Shown here: piece after piece, positions 7,573-14,293 of the stretch | Numbering within the stretch: position 1 is the stretch's first letter | How the letters are laid out: the number at the start of each line of letters is the position of its first letter | From: an uncultured bacterium | GTDB lineage: Bacteria; Patescibacteriota; Patescibacteriia; Patescibacteriales; SZUA-104 | Reading direction: 5' to 3' | NCBI GenBank assembly: GCA_913009695.1 | Contig: CAJVWV010000001.1 | Location: forward strand, 1-54,874 | Length of the DNA stretch: 54,874 nucleotides | Translations under genes and position numbers: made by a program | Notes under the pieces: model-generated | Told to the model about the DNA's origin: nothing | Database searches by the model: none | What the model saw: the letters and a program-made list of their open reading frames with translations, nothing else

Positions 7573-9450
7573 TTATTTAGATTGTGTAAAACGAAAAAGC
7601 CTTAAACTATTTAAAATTACCAAAATGGCTATGCCTGAATCCGCGCCAATAGCGTATTCAAGATGAGCAAAACCCAAGAGGGCAAAAATAAGAAATATGG
7701 ATTTTACCCCGAGAGAAGCGATAATATTTTGCTTGATTGTTCTTAGGGTTTGTTTGCCGAGATTTACCGCATAAGGAATATTTGAAAGATTGCTGTTCAT
7801 TAACGCTACGTCCGCTGTTTCAATCGCAACGTCAGACCCGCCCACGCCCATGGCGATTCCTACGGTCGCGGTTGCCAAAGAAGGCGCGTCATTCACTCCA
7901 TCTCCAACCATGGCCGTGAAACCAAATTTATTTTTTAATTCTTCAACTCTCTCTACTTTCTCGTCCGGCAAAAGCGAAGCATAAATTTCTTTAATATTAA
8001 GCTTTTTAGCGACAAAATTCGCGGTATGCTTATTATCTCCGGTTACCATAACCGAATGAACACCAATTTTATCAAGACTTTGGATTGTTAATCCGGCGCT
8101 ATCCCGTATCTTATCGGCAATTGCCAATGCTCCCATAATTTTATTGCCGCAACTGACAAGAACCACTGTCTTGCCCTCTTTTTCAAATTTTTCAATTTTA
8201 TCAGAAACTTCTTTTACGGAAACATTATTTGCCCGCATAAGCTTTAGATTACCGATGCAGTGCCGGGAATCATCGCAGACCACGCAGTCAGCCCTGCCGC
8301 CCTTGCCGGCGATATTTTCATATTTTTCCATTAAGTGCGGCGTAATTCCTTTTTTTTCGGCGAATTCTAAAATGCTTTTTGAAAGCGGGTGGGAGGAAAA
8401 CTTTTCAATGCCGGCGGCGTCAGCTAAAATTTCTTCTTCGGAATATCCGTTAAAAGCGATAATATCCGAAATATACGGCTCGCCGAAAGTTAATGTTCTT
8501 GTTTTGTCAAAGGCGATAGCTTTTATTTTTCCTAGCATTTCCAAGTGCTTACCCCCTTTTATAAGCAATCCGCGCTTGGACGCTCCGCCGATTGCCGAAG
8601 CGATAGAAACAGGAGTGGAAATAACTAACGCGCAAGGGCAGGCAATCACCAAAAGCACCAACGCCCGATAAAGCCAATCGCCGAACACGCCGCCGAAAAA
8701 CAATACCGGAATTACGGTAATAGCGGCGGCAACGGCCACAACTCCCGGAGTATAGTATTTCGCGAAACGATCAATAAAATCCTGCGAAGGCGCGCGCGAT
8801 CTTTGCGCTTTTTCAACCAAATCTACAATTTTCGCGAAAGTAGAATCCTTGCTCTCCTTTATAACTTCAATTTCCAGATACCCCTGGCTGTTTAACGTGC
8901 CGGCAAAAACATTGTCGCCTTCGCGCTTATCCCTGGGAATCGGCTCGCCGGTGATAGTCGCTTCGTCAACCGATGAAACCCCCTTTACCACAATTCCATC
9001 AAGAGGAATCATGTCTCCGGGACGGACGGCTACGATATCCTTAACTTTTATTTTCTCAATGGACATTTTTTTTCCGTTCCTAAGAGTCGCTGTTTGCGGA
9101 GATTTTTTAACAAGCTCTTCCAATGCCCGTTTTGACCGTTCAATCCCGAATTTTTCAAAAGCCTCGGCAAGTGAAAAGAAAAACACCACTGTCGCCGCCT
9201 CTGCCAGCTGGCTAATATAGATAGCTCCGATGGCCGCGATGATTACTAAAAAATCTATATTTAAAAACTTCTGTTTTATAATCCCGCGAACAGCCGCGGT
9301 AAAAACAAAATAACCGCCAGAAATTATGGAAACAGCGTAAAGCGGAAAAATAATAAACTCAAATAAATTCAGCCAGCCGAAAACAAGGGCAAAAAGAAGG
9401 CTTATTCCCGATATAACTGTTAAAATTTTCTTTAAATCAAAATTTAACAT
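7573..9450 (-). CDS. P1B-type heavy-metal translocating ATPase (Zn/Cd/Co-like CPC type), no N-terminal metal-binding domain
   Basis: 625 aa; motifs TGEP, CPC (ACPCALVIS), SSHPLS, GDGVNDAP. The phosphorylation motif reads DKTRT rather than DKTGT. The ORF begins directly with TM helices. Confidence 0.9.
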   Translation of the reverse strand: MLNFDLKKILTVISGISLLFALVFGWLNLFEFIIFPLYAVSIISGGYFVFTAAVRGIIKQKFLNIDFLVIIAAIGAIYISQLAEAATVVFFFSLAEAFEKFGIERSKRALEELVKKSPQTATLRNGKKMSIEKIKVKDIVAVRPGDMIPLDGIVVKGVSSVDEATITGEPIPRDKREGDNVFAGTLNSQGYLEIEVIKESKDSTFAKIVDLVEKAQRSRAPSQDFIDRFAKYYTPGVVAVAAAITVIPVLFFGGVFGDWLYRALVLLVIACPCALVISTPVSIASAIGGASKRGLLIKGGKHLEMLGKIKAIAFDKTRTLTFGEPYISDIIAFNGYSEEEILADAAGIEKFSSHPLSKSILEFAEKKGITPHLMEKYENIAGKGGRADCVVCDDSRHCIGNLKLMRANNVSVKEVSDKIEKFEKEGKTVVLVSCGNKIMGALAIADKIRDSAGLTIQSLDKIGVHSVMVTGDNKHTANFVAKKLNIKEIYASLLPDEKVERVEELKNKFGFTAMVGDGVNDAPSLATATVGIAMGVGGSDVAIETADVALMNSNLSNIPYAVNLGKQTLRTIKQNIIASLGVKSIFLIFALLGFAHLEYAIGADSGIAILVILNSLRLFRFTQSK

Positions 9451-9461
9451 TATATATTCTA

Positions 9462-9944
9462 TTATTTATCGCAAGTTTCACAATCATCGCATTTACCGGT
9501 CTTGCATGTGTCTTTTCCCAATCCTTTATCCTTACAGATTATTTTATCCTCCCCACATTCGCATAAATCATCTTGTTGAGGTACAAATATACAACTTTGC
9601 GGTTCTTCAGGATTGCAATTTTTGTACTTAATTAAATTATACACGCTTTTACCGCTAAAGAACAGAGAAACAAAAAATAAAATAACTAAAAACCAGGATA
9701 TTGGCTCCCAAAAACGGTTAATTCCCCTAGCCAATTTCGGCGACCTATTAAGCAGCTGGCCGATAACCTTGCCTTTAATTTTTTTATCAAACCCCGTGTT
9801 GCAGGGGCGCAAAGTAACTCGCCTAAAAACACAATCAAGAGCTTCTTTTGCCAATTGACGGTGAGTGGCGCTAAATATTCCCAAGACTGAAAATATTATT
9901 AAAGCGATTAAACAAAACATAAAATTCCATGAGACTGTCGCCAA
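9462..9944 (-). CDS. Cys-rich small membrane protein (unknown family), probably co-transcribed with the ATPase
   Basis: 160-aa ORF with two hydrophobic segments and 9 Cys in the last 51 aa (CNPEEPQSC...CECGEDKIIC...CKTGKCDDCETCDK). An 11-nt gap separates it from the ATPase start. The start is uncertain (TTG 9944 or ATG 9920). Confidence 0.55.
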   Translation of the reverse strand: MATVSWNFMFCLIALIIFSVLGIFSATHRQLAKEALDCVFRRVTLRPCNTGFDKKIKGKVIGQLLNRSPKLARGINRFWEPISWFLVILFFVSLFFSGKSVYNLIKYKNCNPEEPQSCIFVPQQDDLCECGEDKIICKDKGLGKDTCKTGKCDDCETCDK

Positions 9945-10034
9945 ACCTCGTTGTGGGTGAAATTTTTTGGATTTTCAAACATAAATTGACAAAAATACTA
10001 AAATTTCAGACGTGGCGAAATTTGGCGATAGCCC

Positions 10035-11246
10035 CTACATGATATTAATTATTTTTCTTAAGTTATCAACAAAAATACGCGCTTCATCCTCTGTATTGTA
10101 AAAATACAGAGAAGCGCGTACCGCATTTTTAATTGCATGGCTGGCAAACCACGAATGCACGCAAAACTGCCCCGAGCGAACCATTATATTAGCACTTGAA
10201 TCAAGCATTAAAGCTATTTGATGTGAATCTTTTCCCTCTAAATAAAATGAAATAATACCACCCCTTAAAGCCGGATCAGACGAACCAATAATCTTCAGAT
10301 CAGGAATGTTCATTAATTCTTCCGTAATTATGCGATTTAGTATTGTTTCTTGGTTAGCTATATTTTTTAATCCTATTTTCTTAATATAATTTATAGCCGC
10401 ACCTAAGCCGATAATTCCGGCGTAATCCTGCAACCCGGCTTCAAATTTTTCCGGCGGGGGTAGTAATTTATGTCCTTCATACGTTGAGTATTCAACTGTT
10501 TCACCACCCACCATAAACGGCTCAAGATCTTCTAAAAGATTGTATTTACCGTATAATACTCCGATGCCGGATGGCCCGAGCATTTTATGCCCGGAAAAAG
10601 CTAAAAAATCCACATCCAATTCAGCTACATTAATTTCTTGATGCGGCGCCGCTTGAGCCGCATCCAACAACACCTTGGCCCCATGGCTATGCGCAATTTG
10701 AATTATTTCTTTAACCGGCGCGCTTACTCCGTCTAAATTGGAAGTGTATACCATCGCTACTAGCTTTACATGCTTAGTCATCATTTTTTCAAATCTTTCC
10801 ATATCAAAAGTATTATCTTTTTTTGAATATGCTATTGAAAGGAATATCCCTTTGTTTTTTGCCGCAATTTGCCAAGGGACAAGGTTGGAGTTATGTTCTT
10901 TGTCGGTAATTAAAACCACGTCCCCCGCATCCAATTTTAATGAATTGGCGATCAGATTTATGCTTTCGGTGGTGTTGCGGGTAAAAATGATTTCTTCTTT
11001 TCTTTTGGCGTTAATGAACCTAGCCACCGTCTTCCTCGCTTCCTCGCATTTTTTAGTTACCATATCTCCCAGTGTATGCATACTGCGCCCGGCGCAAGCT
11101 GAATATCTTTCATAATAGTGGTTTACAGCATTGATTACGGGCTGAGGACGCAAAGCCTGGCAGGCGTTATCAAAGTATATAATCGGCTTATCCCCAACCT
11201 TAATTTGCAGCAAGGGAAAATCTTGCCTAATTTTTTCTATATCCAT
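10035..11246 (-). CDS. sufS: Cysteine desulfurase, SufS/NifS-like class V aminotransferase
   Basis: 403 aa; PLP-lysine motif SGHKMLGPSGIGVLYG; C-terminal catalytic Cys loop RSGQFCVHSW. Confidence 0.8.
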   Translation of the reverse strand: MDIEKIRQDFPLLQIKVGDKPIIYFDNACQALRPQPVINAVNHYYERYSACAGRSMHTLGDMVTKKCEEARKTVARFINAKRKEEIIFTRNTTESINLIANSLKLDAGDVVLITDKEHNSNLVPWQIAAKNKGIFLSIAYSKKDNTFDMERFEKMMTKHVKLVAMVYTSNLDGVSAPVKEIIQIAHSHGAKVLLDAAQAAPHQEINVAELDVDFLAFSGHKMLGPSGIGVLYGKYNLLEDLEPFMVGGETVEYSTYEGHKLLPPPEKFEAGLQDYAGIIGLGAAINYIKKIGLKNIANQETILNRIITEELMNIPDLKIIGSSDPALRGGIISFYLEGKDSHQIALMLDSSANIMVRSGQFCVHSWFASHAIKNAVRASLYFYNTEDEARIFVDNLRKIINIM

Positions 11247-11285
11247 ATTTTAATTTTAATAATTTATTTTAATGCGACGCAAGAA

Positions 11286-11327
11286 CGCAATCTCAGTTTA
11301 GGCGTACTAGCGTAAACTGAGATTGCG
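11286..11327 (-). terminator. Long hairpin between the thioredoxin-fold gene and sufS (terminator or attenuator)
   Basis: GCAATCTCAGTTTA...TAAACTGAGATTGC, 14-bp arms. No clean U-run on the minus strand, so its function is uncertain. Confidence 0.35.
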
Positions 11328-11358
11328 AATTTTATATCCCGTGCTAGAAATCAACAAT

Positions 11359-12339
11359 TTAACTGCCGCATCCCCCAGCATTAGAACCGCTGCCGCTAAA
11401 TCCAAATCCCGGCGCTGGCGGAGTGGAAGATAATTTTTTATCGCATTCAGGCGGCGGATTATTAAAGCTTGAACAAATTGTCTTCAACAGACTGCTTGAG
11501 TCACGACCAGATTGAATCTTCGCGCCATTAACCACTAAAGTAGGTGAACCTTTTACGCCATATTTCTGGCCGTCAACTTTATCAACATTAAATTGCGGAT
11601 ACCGGCCACCTGACCAAGTCCCTTTATCAGCGAATAATTCACTAACCTTAAATTCCTTATCAGTAGACGAAATACAGGACTGCAATTGGGATTGATTAAC
11701 TTTTGTTTTAGCCAGGCAAGCGTTGGACTTAGTTTCATCCTCAAGAAAACACTCTAAATAATCATGCAATTTTTCAGGCTCATTTTTTTGAACGCAATAT
11801 TGGATTAACTGTTCGTCAAGCTCTTTCTTCCCATGCATTGCGTAGTCAACAAACTTTAATTTAAAATTAACCTTATCGCCAAGAACGTCTAACACTGGCA
11901 AAATCCCTTTTTCCATCTGCGTGCCATAAGGGCAATAGCTCATAATAAACAGTTCTACTTCCGGCTTATCATTTTTTATCGTCGCCGCGTTTGCCGGCTG
12001 GCTTGTTTGCTTGGCGGAGTTATCGGAATTATCGCTTGCATCGGCTTCAGTCAAATTCATAGCTTGCGGAAATAATTTTTTACCGTCCTTTGTCACAAAA
12101 GAATCTGTTTCCTGACCGTCAGGCAAAACAATAACAATCTTGTACAGCCCGCCCTCTTCCACGGCCTCTTTTACGGTGGCCTCTTTTCCTGCCTGCATTA
12201 AATTATTATTTATAAATTCAATTGCCTTAGTCTTCGCCTCCTCTAGAGAGATATTGTCTGTTTTATTGCCTTGGTTTACGGCGCTACAACCGGCAACCGT
12301 AAATACTAACAGCAGGCTTAATATTAATGTTTTAAACAT
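11359..12339 (-). CDS. Thioredoxin-fold lipoprotein
   Basis: 326 aa; lipobox LLVFTVAGCSA; redox-type motif SYCPYGT; Gly/Ser-rich C-terminus. Confidence 0.7.
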   Translation of the reverse strand: MFKTLILSLLLVFTVAGCSAVNQGNKTDNISLEEAKTKAIEFINNNLMQAGKEATVKEAVEEGGLYKIVIVLPDGQETDSFVTKDGKKLFPQAMNLTEADASDNSDNSAKQTSQPANAATIKNDKPEVELFIMSYCPYGTQMEKGILPVLDVLGDKVNFKLKFVDYAMHGKKELDEQLIQYCVQKNEPEKLHDYLECFLEDETKSNACLAKTKVNQSQLQSCISSTDKEFKVSELFADKGTWSGGRYPQFNVDKVDGQKYGVKGSPTLVVNGAKIQSGRDSSSLLKTICSSFNNPPPECDKKLSSTPPAPGFGFSGSGSNAGGCGS

Positions 12340-12545
12340 ATAATTTTACTCAATTTTATTCGTTATATTCTTAAAAATTTTCCAAAATATTATTTGGATA
12401 AAATTAACAACCAATAACATTGAATTTTTTATTTATTAATTTATTATTTTGTTTATAGTCATAATTTTATCTTTTTATCACAAACAAAAAAAGTGGTAGG
12501 TGACTAACATTATTAAATATAACATCTAATAATACTGCTCTCTCA

Positions 12546-12713
12546 CTATATATGGGAATTTATATCTTCGCTAAAACAAAATGACTTATTACATTCATTA
12601 ATGGAAGTAAAAACACAGCCATCAGGTAGGCAAAAATCCCAAGACGAAGGCAGGGCCACGGCGTAAGCGAATGAAATAAATATTAAAATTGATAAAATTA
12701 TTCTTAATTTCAT
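12546..12713 (-). CDS. Possible small secreted Cys-rich peptide (55 aa, below the ORF-track cutoff)
   Basis: Own translation: MKLRIILSILIFISFAYAVALPSSWDFCLPDGCVFTSINECNKSFCFSEDINSHI*. It has a signal-peptide-like N-terminus and 4 Cys; the SD is weak (AAGAAG). Confidence 0.3.
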   Translation of the reverse strand: MKLRIILSILIFISFAYAVALPSSWDFCLPDGCVFTSINECNKSFCFSEDINSHI

Positions 12714-12944
12714 ATCTTCTTTATATTTATAGTCCTATTCTAACATACAATAAATAATAAGTGTAGCTGAATCTTGCCTCACGCAGAATGAGCCCGAAAT
12801 GGATATAAATTTAGCATTTCTGCCAATTAAAACTAAAATTTATATTCTAAATGTAATATGATAGATCAGAATATATAATACACACAATAAATAAGGGAGT
12901 TCATTTGTCTCGCGCGCGAATGGGCGGGAGGGTCAAGCGCGAGT

Positions 12945-12978
12945 AAAAAAACGGCGTATCCCGAAGCTTCGGGATACG
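12945..12978 (-). terminator. Intrinsic terminator downstream of tRNA-Ser and its repeat array
   Basis: Minus strand: CGTATCCCGAAGCTTCGGGATACG (perfect 10-12 bp stem) followed by ccgTTTTTTT. Confidence 0.7.
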
Positions 12979-13016
12979 AAAAATAATATTGCCCCAAATA
13001 AGCCCCGCGTAGCGGG
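12954..13016 (-). repeat. Right copy of the inverted repeat pair (see 7444-7507)
   Basis: The reverse complement reads ttgCCCCGCTACGCGGGGCTTATTTGGGGCAATATTATTTTTCGTatcccgaagcttcgggatacgccgt. Confidence 0.85.
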
Positions 13017-13050
13017 GCAATAATCTTTAAAAAATCTAAAATTGTAAAAA

Positions 13051-13186
13051 TGCGGAAGGGAGAGGATTTACCCCTACGCTTCGCTTCGGGGCATAAACTT
13101 CTCATCCTCTCAATTATTTGCGGAAGGGAGAGGATTTACCCCTACGCTTCGCTTCGGGGCATAAACTTCTCATCCTCTCAATTATT
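13051..13186 (+). repeat. Two perfect tandem 68-bp units abutting the 3' end of tRNA-Ser
   Basis: Units 13051-13118 and 13119-13186 are identical. Each ends (minus-strand sense) with the last 17 nt of tRNA-Ser and contains the internal hairpin GAGAGGAT...ATCCTCTC. Confidence 0.9.
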
Positions 13187-13188
13187 TG

Positions 13189-13275
13189 CGGAAGGGAGAG
13201 GATTCGAACCTCCGAGACCTTTTACAGCCTACCGCCTTTCCAAGGCGGCGCACTCGACCACTATGCGACCCTTCC
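13189..13275 (-). tRNA. tRNA-Ser (anticodon GGA), long variable arm, CCA not encoded
   Basis: Minus read GGAAGGGTCGCATAGTGGTCGAGTGCGCCGCCTTGGAAAGGCGGTAGGCTGTAAAAGGTCTCGGAGGTTCGAATCCTCTCCCTTCCG. It has a CCGCC/GGCGG anticodon stem with a TT-GGA-AA loop and type II tRNA architecture. Confidence 0.9.
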
Positions 13276-13370
13276 AAATATTTTTCAAAAGCCCACTCAC
13301 ATTAAGCAGGCTCTTTATAAATAATGTTACATGTTTCTTGCCTGCCCCGCTGTGCGGTGCGCGGCTGAGG

Positions 13371-14141
13371 TTACCTATTATCTGAATTCAACTGTTTTTC
13401 TATTATATTTCTCAGCCCCTCTCTCTCGTAGCCCTGGCTATCTACGAAATCATCTAACGGATAGGCGCCAGGAAATATTTGTCCGTTTATAAAAATATTA
13501 GGGGTTCCGGTAACTTGAACGTTTCTACCTTCCAGCATCTGGGCTTCAACCTTGCTTTTATATTTTTCCGTATCCAAGCATTGATTAAATTGAACTAAAT
13601 CCAGCCCGATTTCTTCAGCATCTTTTTTAAATTCAAGAACATTCATTTTCCTTGTCATGTTATCTTCAAAAATCTTATCATGCATTTCCCAAAACTTTCC
13701 CTGCTCAGCCGCGCATTCGGACGCGATAGCCGCGTCCATAGCGTTGTAATGGCTTCTTGTTATTGGAAAATGACGGAATGCGATTACTACATTTTCACCG
13801 AATTCTTCTCTTACCTTTTTTACTGTTTGGGAAAACTGCGCGCAGAACGGACATTCAAAATCACTATAAACTATAAATTGGACCGGAGCGCCTAACGAGC
13901 CTAAGATATGGTCGTTTTCATTAATTACTTTAACCCTTTGCATACCTTGACCAATTGCACTATCTATCACATCTTTATTGGCTTCTAAAATCTCCTGACC
14001 ATGAGTATCAACATTTAATTCTATGTTTTCTTCATTAATTTCATTACTTAATAAAAATGCCAATACAGTTAAAAAACCGGCAACTATAATAAATATTACT
14101 CCGATTAAAAATCTGTTTAAATTTTTATTGTTTGTAAACAT
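13371..14141 (-). CDS. Membrane-anchored DsbA-family thiol:disulfide oxidoreductase
   Basis: 256 aa; N-terminal TM segment; FSDFECPFCAQF CxxC active site. Confidence 0.8.
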   Translation of the reverse strand: MFTNNKNLNRFLIGVIFIIVAGFLTVLAFLLSNEINEENIELNVDTHGQEILEANKDVIDSAIGQGMQRVKVINENDHILGSLGAPVQFIVYSDFECPFCAQFSQTVKKVREEFGENVVIAFRHFPITRSHYNAMDAAIASECAAEQGKFWEMHDKIFEDNMTRKMNVLEFKKDAEEIGLDLVQFNQCLDTEKYKSKVEAQMLEGRNVQVTGTPNIFINGQIFPGAYPLDDFVDSQGYEREGLRNIIEKQLNSDNR

Positions 14142-14293
14142 ACAATTAATAAATTACAAGCACCAAATATCAAATTCAAAATAAATTATAATATTCAAAA
14201 TCATAAATTCAAAACAGTTTTGAATTTTGAAAATTAATATTTTGGATTTATTTAGGATTTGAAATTTTAAATTTGTAATTTATAAAATATTAT

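Noticed and set aside
8144-8671. Long antisense ORFs inside large genes (for example 8144..8671, 8849..9220, 26964..27467, 34525..34986, 43198..43629, 35635..35991)
   Set aside because: They sit opposite well-supported conserved genes, have low-complexity or biased composition, and show no SD or motifs. They are typical shadow ORFs.
13051-13186. The tandem 68-bp repeats might be a CRISPR array
   Set aside because: The units are contiguous with no spacers. There are only two tandem copies plus one distant copy. The unit contains the 3' end of the adjacent tRNA-Ser, and no cas genes are present in the window.
7051-13275. Calling the metal/redox module an active integrative element
   Set aside because: No integrase, recombinase, transposase or excisionase is present between or next to the repeats. 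Only the repeat architecture supports a mobile origin, so it is reported as a hypothesis rather than annotated as a mobile_element.
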